In this document: piece after piece, positions 1 through 11,900 of the stretch
Position numbering within the stretch: position 1 is the stretch's first letter
Layout of the letters: every line of letters starts with the position of its first letter
Assembly: GCA_965644315.1 (NCBI GenBank)
Contig: CBFFRQ010000041.1
Location: 62,001 to 126,000 of the forward strand
Length of the DNA stretch: 64,000 nt
DNA from: Caecitellus pseudoparvulus
Taxonomy: Eukaryota; Protista; Bigyra: Bicosoecida
Direction of reading: 5' to 3'
Position numbers and translations under genes: made by a program
The notes under the pieces: generated by a model
What the model was told of the DNA's origin: nothing
Databases searched by the model: none
The model's input: only the letters and a program-made list of their open reading frames with translations

Positions 1-193
1 CCTTGTCAGAGTCCATGCTGAAGCACTCGAGCAGCTTGGCAACTTGCTCCGTGGTGAAGACGAAGTTCTGCACCAGGGTCTTCACAAAGGCGATTTGAGT
101 TGAAGTGAAGCCGCCGTCCCCAACCACTGCGACGGAGGTCTCCAACTGCTCCTCGCTCATCTCCACGCCCACTGCACCTCCTTGAGCAGCCAT
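1..193 (-). CDS. DUF4476 (PROSER1 N-terminal-like) domain protein, 5' part only; runs off the left edge
   Basis: ATG at 193 opens MAAQGGAVGVEMSEEQLETSVAVVGDGGFTSTQIAFVKTLVQNFVFTTEQVAKLLECFSMDSDK, open to the edge. 'FTTEQVAKLLECFSMDSDK' resembles the DUF4476 pattern FTxxQVxxLLxxFSFDxDK. Confidence 0.55.
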   Translation of the reverse strand, partial: MAAQGGAVGVEMSEEQLETSVAVVGDGGFTSTQIAFVKTLVQNFVFTTEQVAKLLECFSMDSDK

Positions 194-1162
194 GTTGTTT
201 GGGGGTTGGTTCTGCGAGGAGCGCAGCGAGGTGTGCACGGTGTGTGGCCTTGCAGCCCTAGGGCGCCTTCGATGCGGGAAACACGGAGGCGCCACGCCGC
301 GCCTCGCTGCAGCCATGCAGGCTGACACACGCAACACACATGAAGGGGAAAAGTAGTCCACGAAGGGATCCGTGTTGTGTGCTCGGATTGGCGTTTGGGT
401 GCTGCGTGTGGGACTTGAATTGTGTGCAACGCGCAAGTATGCCGCTCCCGAGCCACCACGCCAACTCATGAAACGGCTGCCCTGACACCCCCCCGACCGA
501 CATGCCGCCGCCGCCACGAAGCTTGCGGGGCTTGGCACTGCACCAGCTCTCACAGAGCGCCGGCCCGCCCCTCTCCAAGGTGCATAAACAGCAATGCTTC
601 GATACCTTGCAAGGTTGAAGCGTCTTCTCGACATGCTGTACTTCGGAGCCAGTTGCAGTGAGGTGCCGGTTTCGGCGCTCGCAAGCGCCCACCCACGAGC
701 TTGCCGGGCCCAAGGCTTACGAGGGCCGCCCCACATCCTAGCCAGGTGCTCTATGCCATGAAATGCTAGCCCGATGAATGCTAGGGCGTCACGTGGTTGA
801 GGTAGCCTGCATGGCGAGTGCTGGAAGCGGCTGAACCGTGGCGAGTCCGGTGCCAGCGCAAGAAGTACCTTGACCCTGCCTTCCTGGTGCATGGCGCGCA
901 GCTCTTTCCGGGAACAGCCTTGACGCCCATGACAGAGGACTGGACAGGCTTCGACTGGGGTGGTCAGCCGCGCTCCAACATGCCCCAGCAGCAAGCCCCA
1001 CAAACCAAGCACAGCTTCAAACAACAAACCCCTTGCACATGTTGGCACTTGACCCCCTTGCAAGCCTCTGTTTCTCGCTGCCCACCCAGCACTGTTTGTC
1101 CACTGCAACGGGCAAGGCCTGCACCAGCTCCGTGCGGCCGACACACTCCCAGCCCACAAGAC

Positions 1163-1790
1163 ATGGCTGCAGGCAGCGTCCCACGCAACTTCAAGCTGCT
1201 GGATGAGCTGGAGGATGCCGAGCGGAGCCAGGAAGGCATGGCGGACATTTCCCTTGGTGGGTAGCGCTTTCTCTGGGCTGCAAGAGACTGTGCGGAAACT
1301 GCGCCACCACGCCTTCCCGCCCACTGCACGCCAGGCCTCGTGACGCTGGAGGACACGCTGATGAACAACTGGCAGGGCACCATTGTGCAGGCGGCAGTGA
1401 GTGGTGCCTGCTGCCTGGCTGGTGGTGCAGGCACCCCCAGCACTGGCACCCGCATGTCGCTCGCAGGGAGGTGGCTCAGACGTCCGTGTTTGGTTCCTGT
1501 CCTTGGTGGCTGGCCCTGACTACCCCACACAGTGCCCCACCATCAAGTTCACGTCCAAGATCAACATGACGGGTGTGGACAGCAAGGGCAACGTGAGCGG
1601 AGCGGCGCGCCAGTGCATTGCCGGCGTCCACACACACCCCACCCACACAAGCACACAGGTGGACCCCTCCAAGATTGCATACTTGAAGGACTGGCAGCCA
1701 AGCAACACCCTGAAGGGGGCACTGACTGCCATCAAGGCTGCCATTGGCTCTGCCCCTCGCTCGCAGCCGGAGGACGGCGAGACGTATTGA
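1163..1790 (+). CDS. MMS2: Ubiquitin-conjugating enzyme E2 variant (UEV1/MMS2), 4 exons
   Basis: VPRNFKLLDELE N-terminal signature, GPDYP..PTIKFTSKINM, and C-terminal QPEDGETY. GT-AG introns at 1257-1334, 1397-1466 and 1593-1658 give a continuous frame. Confidence 0.92.
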
Positions 1791-1814
1791 CAGGGAATGC
1801 ATTGCTGAGCCTGC

Positions 1815-2690
1815 TCATTTGCGCATCTTCAGCAGCAGCCCCCGGTTGCCTTTGATCTTCTTCTGCAGCTGCAGCAGGCCGTACAGCAGGGCCTCAGCGG
1901 TGGGCGGGCAGCCAGGCACGTACACGTCCACAGGCACAATCTTGTCACAACCCCGGACAACTGAGTAGGAGTAGTGGTAGTAGCCGCCGCCGTTGGCACA
2001 AGAGCCCATGGACAGCACCCAACGGGGGTCTGGCATCTGGTCGTACACCTTGCGCAGAGCAGGGGCCATCTTGTTGGTCAGGGTGCCCGCCACAATCATC
2101 ACATCGGACTGGCGAGGGGAAGCACGGAAGACGATGCCGAAGCGGTCCATGTCGTACCGCGCAGCCGCCGAGTGCATCATCTCCACGGCACAGCAGGCCA
2201 GGCCGAACGTCATGGGCCACATGCTGCCCTTCCGCGTCCAGTTCACGATCTCGTCGATCTTGGACACGACAAACTCTGCGACGTGCCAGCGGCGTTTCGT
2301 GTGTGAAACGACAGGCCAGCGGCAGCGGCAGGCCCAGCCCATGCGAAGCGTACCTGCTCCATTCTGAGCGCCAGGGGACTTGAACAGCGCCTCGAAGCTT
2401 TCAGCTGTGACGGGGGGCGGGGAAAGGGGCAGTGCGTACCGGCAAAACCGCCGCGCGTGCGGCCGAAGTGACTGCGGAAGTGTGCCGCACGAACCTTGTG
2501 CGGGCCCACTGACGTGCACGTTGCGCAGGCCTGACACAGTCGCGGCAGCAGGCAAGCATGCTCGGGCTTGGGACACTGCGGGGAGAGGGCGTGTCTGCTG
2601 TGGTCTGGCGCGGTGCAGGGGCACGTGCGGCGCAGGTGACGCACCTGCCCCAGCCGCCCTGCAGCCTGCGGCGGCCGCCCTTGCCAACAT
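1815..2690 (-). CDS. NDUFS7: NADH:ubiquinone oxidoreductase PSST subunit (NDUFS7/NuoB) with mitochondrial presequence
   Basis: [39 protein letters not shown] motifs. Probable in-frame introns at 2576-2644, 2405-2494 and 2276-2353. Confidence 0.97.
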   Translation of the reverse strand: MLARAAAAGCRAAGAGASPAPHVPLHRARPQQTRPLPAVSQARACLPAAATVSGLRNVHVSGPAQGSCGTLPQSLRPHARRFCRYALPLSPPPVTAESFEALFKSPGAQNGAGTLRMGWACRCRWPVVSHTKRRWHVAEFVVSKIDEIVNWTRKGSMWPMTFGLACCAVEMMHSAAARYDMDRFGIVFRASPRQSDVMIVAGTLTNKMAPALRKVYDQMPDPRWVLSMGSCANGGGYYHYSYSVVRGCDKIVPVDVYVPGCPPTAEALLYGLLQLQKKIKGNRGLLLKMRK

Positions 2691-2879
2691 GGTGAATGGT
2701 CGGGGACAGGAAGCACGCCTGCTTCAAGTACATAGCTGCGCTGATGTGGTGGTGTGTGTTTTCTCAGTCTGCCGAACTTTGCCTGTCACGCAGCGCGAAG
2801 AAAACGCAACAGTGATCACGACGGGGCTGAATCCGCAAAGTGTCACGCTTATATCAACCAAATTTTTGCAAAACAAGGT

Positions 2880-2961
2880 GCTGTGGTGTCCGAGTGGTCC
2901 ATGGAGTCAGCCTTAAGTCCTGATGTGTTCGCACGCGCGGGTTCGAACCCCGTCCACAGCA
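2880..2961 (+). tRNA. tRNA-Leu(TAA)
   Basis: Cloverleaf: acceptor GCTGTGG/CCACAGC + A73, D-arm TCCG..TGGA, anticodon loop CT-TAA-GT, long variable arm GTG-TTCG-CAC, T-loop GGTTCGAACC. T6 Pol III terminator at 2969-2974. Confidence 0.9.
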
Positions 2962-2978
2962 TGGTACATTTTTTGCAT

Positions 2979-5900
2979 TCAAACCCCTGCAGTCTTGCTG
3001 CGCGCGTGCCCCAAGCGCCGCTGACGAGTGGACGTGCGTGTCGTGACGAAGCCCACCTCGTCCGCCTCCCCACCGCTGCCTTGCCCCTTGCTGAAGTCCA
3101 AGCCAGGGGTGGGGTCCATCGTCGCTGACGCATCCAGCGGCGGGGCAGAGGGCGCCACCGTGCACGCCTGGGCGGTGCCACCGCCCCCCCGCTGCCGCCG
3201 GCGCACGCCTGACCTGCGCCGCAGGCCCTGTGTGCGGCGTCCCCGTCGCCCAGTCCCGCTGCTTGCCCACCCGGCGTCGCTGGCGGAGCTGCTGCCGCCG
3301 TCACTGCCGCTGCTGCCTCTGGAGCCAGTGCTGGACCGGGAGCGTCGTCGGCGCCCACCGGGCTGTGGCAGCCCCACCTCCAACAGTCCACCCCCAGCTC
3401 GAATGGTGATGGTGGTAGGTGGCGCATCCTGTCGGCTGCGGCGACCTGCCGTCGGACTGCGGCGGTGACGCCGACGGCCGGCACCCCCACTGCGACGGCG
3501 TCGGCCTCCGTCGCGGTGGCGTGGCACGGCGCCGCTGTCCGACAGGCTCTCCCGCAGCGCAGCGCCCTGCCTGCGCAGAGCCGCCGCGCTGGCTGAGAAA
3601 GACTCATCGTGCATGCCCGTCAGCGGCACAAGAGTACGCGGCATGCCCCGCGCACCCTGCACGGGCCCGCCCTCCCCGTCAGCAGGGGACACGCCTTCAG
3701 TCACGGGCGACAGGCACATGTCGTCCAGCACTGCCCCATTGCGCCCCCATGCCCCAGTGCTGATGTCCAGGTCTTGGGGCGGGGGGGCAGACGGCACCAC
3801 CTCCCCAGCCTCCCTGCGGTGCCGCTCAACCACCTCGGCACCCTGCGCGCTGGCCTTGGAGCTCGCGACGCTGCCACTGCTGGCACGCCGCTCAGGGGGC
3901 GATCGCTCAGGAGAGGGCGGTGGAGGGGGCAGTTCAGGCGTGGCGGGGGCCGCTGCTGGCTCAGCGCAAGCAGGTGGCGGGGGCGCGGCAGCCGCCTCTG
4001 CGCCAGCTCCGCTGCAACTGCCGTCCCCCGGCTCAGTGAGGAAGGGCGCAGCCAGCTGCAGCCAGGCGGGGGACAGAGCTTGTCTGGGTAGGGCCAGCAA
4101 CCGCAGCGCCTCAACCAGCACGCCTGCCACGGCCTGTCCGCCCGAGACACGGCTGAGTGCAGGCGCGGGGCAGGCGATGCAGGCGAGGTGGTGTCGGGTG
4201 TCGCACAGAAGCTGAGCCGTGGCGTCATCTGTGGGCGCCTGCCACAGCGCCCCACACTCTAACCACAGCACGCCCAGCACGACGAGCGCGTCTGCTGCAT
4301 AGCTGCCTGCCAGCGCCACCGTCAGGGCACGCAGCAGCCCGGGCTCGTCCCAACAGCGGAACGCGAGAGGCGGCGGGGGCAGCTCCACGCATGCCTCGCT
4401 GTCAATGCCAGCGGCTAGGTGCAGACTGTGCAGCAGTGCTGCTGGGGTGGAGCCAGGCGCAGCGGGAGTGGGGACGTGGGCAGGGAGCACGCGCCCGGGC
4501 CCGCTGTGTGTCGGCTGGGTGGGGCTGCGAGGGGGGCTTCCAAGAGGGGATGCGGGGGGCTGCACGGGTGTCCCTGGCTGCGTGCCTGCATCTGCCGCGG
4601 CGTCATGCGTGCCCAAAGCAGCCCACAGCAGTGGAGCGCTCGCACTGCCGCCCCCCACGCTGGCCCACAGCACACAGCACACACCATGGCACCACTGGCG
4701 CACGCCCTGCTCCGCCAGCGCCAGCTCTTCGCCCACACTCCACAGCAGTGGCAGGAGTGGCTCTGCCGCTTCCACCAGAGCGCTGGTGCTGATGCAGGCA
4801 GCCCAGGCGCTGCTGAGACGCCCCAGGAGCAGCGCAGAGAAGCCCCCCTCGCGCACGGCACGCAGGCCTGATCGCAGCACCGCCGCACCAGCCTCCATGG
4901 CGTCCGACCAACTGCCCAGTAGCGCAGGGGGGAGGCGGAGCTGGGGCCCTGCCAGCACTTGGCCGTCACCTCCGCACAGCGCGGTGCGCCACACAGCCTG
5001 GCCCAGAGCCGCTACCGCCCGGCCATTGCACTGCGCGCCTGCCTGCCACAGGAGAGACAGCAGCTGCCCGCTCCTGCGCTGCAGGAGCGCGTGCAGGGGC
5101 GGCACAGCCAGCGCTGCGGAGGGGCGCACAGCCAGGGCCAGGGCGGCCCGCACTGCACGGGGGTGTGCCGGGGACACGAAGGCGGACGGCGTGAGCAGCC
5201 AGTGCAGGGCTGGCGGGGCGTCCTCCGGCACCAGGAGCGCCTCATCCAGGCTGCCCTGCCGCTGCCCTTGCAGCCACGCCGTCGCCGCCGCGGGCCCCCA
5301 CCTGCCAAGGGGCGTGCGCCACTCCCCGTGCCCTGACAGGGGCACCTGGGTACAGACCAAGGATAGGGCGGGCATCTCGGCCTCCTGCGCCAGGGCGGGC
5401 ACCCACAGCTCCCGCGGCAGCACGTTGCGCGTGTGGCTGAGCCAGTCCAGCGCTGCGCTGGACGTGGAGGGCGGGATGCGGGGGTAGGTGCGGAACTTGC
5501 CTGCTTCGCCCGGCACGCCGGCCGCTGCGTGGGAGCTGCGCCAGGAGCGCTTGGGTGTCCCAGGTGTGCGCAGTGCGCCGCTGGCAGCTGCTGCCGCGGT
5601 GGCAGCTGCTGCCGCCCGTGCGGAGGTGGAGGCGGCGGCCCCCCCTGCGCCCACCGCCAGCATGAGCTGTGTGGACACTGGCATGCCGCGGGCTGTGCCG
5701 GCGGCCCGTCCGAGGAGGGAGGGCGGGGACAGGGCGTGTTGGCGGGCCCTTCGTGAGGAGGGCGTGCGAGGCGTGGCCGGCGTGCGCGGCGTGCGTGGGA
5801 CGGCCGTGCTGGGTGTGGAGGGGGTGGTGGCGCCCGCCCTGCGCAGGCGAGGGGGCGTCGCTGTCAACACCATGCCTGACGCCTGCAAGTGCCCTCGCTG

Positions 5901-8900
5901 CACCCGAGCCTTGGTGATGTCCCGCAGCTGGCTGTGGGAGGGGCTGGGGGGGCTGCTCCGCCCCGACGCCGCATCTGCAGACGCCGCCGCCCCCGTCATG
6001 ACCTGCCACAGGGACTTGGAGCGCGTGTGGGCGGGGTGGGTGTCCCGGGCAGGCACGATGTGGCCGCAGGCGCCCTCGCCGTCCCCCGCAGGCAGCCATG
6101 GGGACCGTGCCAGGGCCATGACGGCGGCGGCGTGGGCGGGCGGCACGCCCATCTCCCCCAGGCGGCGGCGCAGAATGTGCGCACCAGCCACACTGCCACG
6201 CTGCCCATCCACAGGCGCCTGGGCCAGGGCCAGGGCCTGCAGCGACAGCAGCACGCTGGCACGGTGTGCCTCTGGGCCTGCCGCCGCCACCCCGTCCACC
6301 GGCAGGATGGGCACCAGGGGCAGGGGGCGTGGGAGGCCGCTGCCGCCGCCCCCCAGCAAGGCAACTTGCACCTCCCGCCAGCTGAGGGGCGGCATGGCGC
6401 CAGGTGGGGGGGCGAGGTTCAAGTCTGGGCTGGGGGCGACGAGGTGTGGCGGGGGCGTGGTGGCCAGGGTGGCCAGTAGGCCCACGTGGCCCCTGCAGGC
6501 TGCCCGCAGCAGGCCCAGCATGCTGGGCCACAGGGCGTGCAGGGAGGGAACGCAGTGCCCCGTCAGGACCGCCCCCAGCCAGGCGCCCCAGTGTCCCGCG
6601 TCCAGCAGGTAGCCTTGGAAGCAGCGCAGCATGACGAGGGACGGGCCGCCAACTGTGGCCGGGGAGGGCGCCGCATGCACCCCTGCCGGGGATGCTGCGG
6701 GGGCCAGGCCCACCGGCACGAGGGGTCCGCCTGGTAAGTTGGCGGGGTGCAGCTGCAGGTCAGAGGCGCTGCGCAGCGTGGTGAGCAGGGCAGAGCTGGA
6801 GCACTGCAGGCGCGCGACGTCCAACTCGGCTGCTTCGCCCAGGGCGTAGAGGGCCGATGAAAGGTCGCATGCGGCGGCCTGCGCCTCCAGACACCGCCCC
6901 GCAGCCAGCGCATCGGTCAGCTGGCACGCCAGGTCGGCACAGGCGGCCGGCACCATGCTGTCTGGCAGCATGCCCCCCTCACACAGGGTGTGCAGCAGCC
7001 ACCCCCGCAGGGCGTGTGGCGGTGTCGAAGCTGCCCGCACACTCCACAACGAGCGGCGCAGCGTGGCCGACGCCAGACCGGCGCTGCGCAGTGCCGCTGT
7101 GCTGGCGGCGCCCAGCACTCGTGCCCGCGCTGCGCCTTCGTTCTTGCTGCCCAGGTACACACTGCCACAGCTGGCAGCCGGCAGACCCGACAACTGCAGG
7201 AGGGCAGCGCAACTGGGCAGCCCCGCCTCCCCCTCCTCAGCCCCGCCCACGTCCAGCACCTCAGCCAAGGGCGCCACGCTGAGCGGCACAGCGGACGCCT
7301 CCTCCACTGCACTGGGCTCAGCCAGGCGCTTGGAGGGTGCCCGGCGAATGAGGCCAGCCTCCAACAGGCCGGCGGCGGCCCAGGCTGTGCTGGGGGCTGC
7401 AGACAGCACGGACCCAGAGCGCTGGGTGCCCTGTGCCAACCCTTCCGTGAGGAGCTGGCACAGAGCCGGGGCGGCCTGCAAGTGCTCTGCCAGGGACGGC
7501 GGTAGCATGCACGTGGCGCCGTCTGCGCCGCCGGCACTGCTGCACAGCTGCAGAGTATGGCCAGTCTCCTGCAGCAGTGTGGCCACGTGCTGTGGGCTCA
7601 AGACGAGGGCCAGGGCGGCCGTGGCGGCGGGGGAGCCACCGCCCGGCGTCCCCTGCTGCGCATCGGACCCGGACACCAGCCCCTCCACGAGGGATTCCGT
7701 GTGTGTGTCCCCTGCGAGAATGCATGCCTGCAGCCGGGCGGGGCCTGAGTCGGGCAGGGGCGGACTGGTGGACATGAGGGCCCCAGCGCACTCCTCAAAA
7801 CCGCCCTTGCTCGCAACACACCGCCGGAGGAGGCTGGAGCCTGCAGCGGCCAGCAGTGTGAGGAGTGAGTGGTGACTGCGGCGTGAGAGGGGTGCTCCCC
7901 ACCCGCTGCACCCCGGCTGTGTGCCAGGGAGGGGGAAGGCGGCGCTGCTGCCGGGCATGGGGCCGCCTGCCCCCCCCTGCAACAACGCTTGCGCCAGGCG
8001 CGCGTCTGATCCTGCGGGCAGTGGCAGCCCCCCCGCCATGATCGCCGTGGCAAGCCATGCTGACACGCGGTCGGGGGCGGGGGGCGGCGGCGGTGAGAGG
8101 CTGGCTGCGTGGGCGGCAGCAGTGTGCAGGCAGAGTGGCAGGAGGGCGTCCTGGGGCAGGGTGGGCAGCATGCCTGCCGCCTGGAGCAGGTTGGCGCCGG
8201 GCCAGCCGTCCAGCCCCGCCGCACTGGCCCCTGCGTAGGGCAGCACCCCTGCCGGCAGGAGGTGAGGGCCAGAGGGAGCGCTGGGAAGGCGCAGCGCCAG
8301 CGCCTCCACTGCTGACAGGGCAGATGCCAAAGCTGACGAGACACGCAGGAGCAGCGCTGGGAGGGAGAGGGTGAGGCTTGCGGCGGAGGGGGGGGGCGCA
8401 GGGGAAGGAGGGGGGGTGCTGTCTGCCGGCTGGCCTCCTTCTACACCCGCCCCTGCGGCAGCCTTGGGCCTGAACGGCCACCACCCCGCCCGTGCAGCAG
8501 GTGCGGCAGACACGTCGCTCCGACTGGCTGCCGTGTGCATGGTGCTGGCTGACTCGGCCAGGGTGCGCGCGAGAGACTCCGCCCTCACCGCAGCTGCCCG
8601 CACGTCGGCGGTGTGGGAAGTGTCCCCGCCCACCACAGCGGCGCAGTGCCCCACCATACTGTGCAGGGTGATGCACGCACACAGCAGTGGGCTGAGGGTG
8701 CCGCCGAGTGCCACGGCCCCAGCTGCCGCGCTCAGCGGCAAGCCAGCTCCACCCTGCCCCACCACAGCCCAGTGTGGCGGCCCGGACGCGGCTGAAGACA
8801 CCACGACGCGGAACGGCTGGGCAGAAGGCGACAACCAGTTGCGCCAGGGGAGGGCAGGCGGGCTCCCTGGCTGTGGTTGCAGGGCGCATGGTCCGGGTGG

Positions 8901-11900
8901 CGGGATGCGCGCGCTCCCCACGCCCACACCGCTGCGCCTGTGCTTGGCCAGGGCACCCGCCAGTTGGTGCGCCACCAGGTGCACCTTGGCCTCCAGGGCT
9001 GCCTCCACCACTGCCACTATGGCTGAGGGCAGTCCTTGCACGTGCGGCAGGGGAGCAGTCACGCCTGCCGTGACGTGCGCTAGGAGGCTGGCGGCAGCGG
9101 GGCGGCCGAGCGAGTGCCGCAGCAGCGTCACCAGCATGTGCCACAGGGCTGCTGCAGGCACGTCGCCCTTGCGGCGTAGCAGGCTGATCAGGTGCGCCTG
9201 CAGGGCTGTGGCAGGCACAACAGGCTGGCAGGCGTGGCTCGCCCCCGCATTCAGCACGCCTGCTGCCACCTCGGGCAGTAACACGTCGAAGAGGGGTCGC
9301 CCCTCGCCGGGCCCGGCTCCAGGCATCGGCTGTGGGGAGGTGAGGGTCATGCCAGGCGTGTGTGCCCGGCTGGCAGGCTGGCGCACAGGGGTGCTGGGAG
9401 CCACCGGTTGGCGCCCGGCAGGCGCTGCCAGCGCCGGGGCGGGGGGAGTGGACCCGGCCCCCTCGGGCAAGGAGGGTGGCGTCTCCGTGACGTGCAGGGC
9501 TGTGGCAGCGGGCGCCGCCACGTCAGCGGCGTCACTCCACATGGCTGCGTCTGTGCTGCTGGCCGCTTGCCCCACTGGGTGCAGGCTGTGGTAGGGTGGG
9601 CAGTCGTTGCCTGAGGGCAGGCCAAAGCGCAGGACGAGGCACGCCTGGGACGGTGCGACGTCCTCGGCGTCAGGCGCCGCCCCTGCATCTCGCCTGTACC
9701 CCGCCGCCGCTGCCGCCTGGCTGCTGCGCTGCGGTGAGGACAGCGCGTAGCGGGCTGCGCGGTGGGCGCGCCCCCCCGCCCAGCGGAAGGGTGAGAACAG
9801 GTACGCGTGCAGGAGGTGGGGCGGGACGACGTCTGGGCCCAGCCCCATGGCGTCGGCGGAGTAGCCGTTGTTGCACGTGGCAGTGCGGTGCCCGACAGCT
9901 GTGTCGGTCAGCCAGCTGTTCGTGATGGTGGCGAGGTCGGCTTGGCGCCAGACACCAAACACGGCCTGTGGCACGCTGTGCGCTGGGGCGTCCTGGTGGC
10001 ACGCCGCCGGCGTCTCGAGCATGGGGCCGAGGAGCAGTGCTGCGCTGCTGGCAGTGCCGTCCGCGCAAGCCGACACTGCTGCAGTGCAGGATGCCAGCAG
10101 GGCTTGCAGGAAGGCGCCGGCCACCTGACTGCAGTCCAGCGCGTCCCCCTCCCAAACCACCACACGCCCGTCCGTGGAGTGGGGGGGCATGTCACCTGGG
10201 AGGACCGTCCACTGCGTGTGCAGCGCGTAGTACGTCATGGGGGCCTCTGTCTGGCCCTGCACTGTGGGCTGGGGCGTCCGCCCCTCACTGTCCCGAACTG
10301 CCGCCTGGGGCAGCACGGGCATGTGGGCGACGATGTGCAGGTCACTGCAGTGGCCCTCGCCCGCCGCCACCGCGACGATGCAGGCCAGCGGCACAGCCTG
10401 GGTGACGAGTCTGTGCACGAGCTGGCGCCCGCCCTCCTCCGGCCCCCCCACGGCCATGCTCCACTGCACCACTTGCAGCAGGTGGGTGGCTGTCAGCACC
10501 AAGTACACCTGGCCCTGGGGCAGGTCAGAAGGCACTGATGCCGCGGCGGCATCTAGCGTTGAGGCGGGGCGCACGGGGACCTGGTGCAGGGCGTGGGCAC
10601 GCCACTGGTGCCAGGTGCCATGTCCGGCAGCCGCTGGCAGGGCCAGCACGCCACCACCCGGCAAGGACGCGGTGTAGAACAGCCCGCAGGGCGACAGGGG
10701 GCAGCTGGTGGAGCAGGCGTACTGGCCAGACTCCCCCTCCTGGCGGGGTGCGCCGTCCATGCCGTCGACTTGCCCAGGCAGGGCCAGTGTCGGGGCCAGG
10801 GCACCGTCAGCGTGCTCCAGGGGCACCTCTACGCTCAGGGATGCCGTCACCCCGCGCTGGATGGCCAGTGCCAGGTCGTTGCGGTGGGCAGAGTGCAGGG
10901 TGATGGGCACCGTCGCGCCGCCGCCCGGCACCACCTGCAGGACCTGGTCGTGGTCAGCGGCCCGGCTCAAGCGCACTGCCGCCACGTGCCGCAGCGGCAG
11001 CACCGCCAGCACGCTCGCGCCACAGCGGAAGAGCAGGTCGCTGGCCAGCACCTGCAGGCGCACTGGGACCCGTGTGGGGAGCAGGGTCGTGCCCCCCTCC
11101 ACTTGTGTCAGGCGGGGCGGCGTCCCGTCCAGCAGGTGTGCTGGGAAGGTGGAGGGGAGGAGGGGCGCCAGCATGGGGGGTGGCAGGCCCATGCCGGGGA
11201 TGGGGCCCTCTTGTGGCCGGCTGCGCAGCCAGGGACCCAGCAGCCACACCTGCTGCGCCCGGCGCCACGCCGCCACGAAGGCTGATGCCGCGGCGGGGCT
11301 GGCCAGGCGCAGCGTCTCCTTGAGCTTGGCGCCTGAGGCGGAGGGCAAGGAGGGCAGAGCCAGGGCAGGAGGGGGGGGCACGGCGCCTTCCTCCCCCTCG
11401 TGCACCTCCGCAGTGCACGCGGAGAGCCAGTCCTGCCACGCTGCGGCGAGGGCAGGGTTGGTGAGGCTGCCGTTGCCACAGCCTGTGATGGCGGCCACTG
11501 CCGTTGCAGAGCACGCTGCGTGCCCCTCGGCCACCCACTGCGCAACTGCCACGGAGACTGCTTCTTCAGAGGGCAGGGTGGGCCCCCGCGGGTGGCCAGG
11601 TGGTGCAGCTGCCTCCAGCCCCTTCAGTGCGTCGGCGTGTCGCAGGGCGATGTCTTCGGTGTGAGCAGCGGAGGCGGCCATGCGGCGCAGCAGCAGCTGC
11701 CGGACGGCGGCAGACCACTGGCAGAATAACTGCTGCTGGAATGCCTGCAGTCGTCCTGCGTCAGCTGACGGGGCGAGTGTGATGGCCACGTCGCGGGGAG
11801 CGGTCGGCACCACCGACACCCCGCTGAGCCGCCACGCGGGAAAACACCGCCCCTTGCCGGCGTGCAGGGGCGTGGCGGGGCTCGCTGGCAGCAGGCCGTT

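Noticed and set aside
200-1160. Coding-looking stretch at 818-1000 upstream of MMS2 and other ORFs in this gap
   Set aside because: No recognisable family or convincing start; MMS2 homology begins at ATG 1163.
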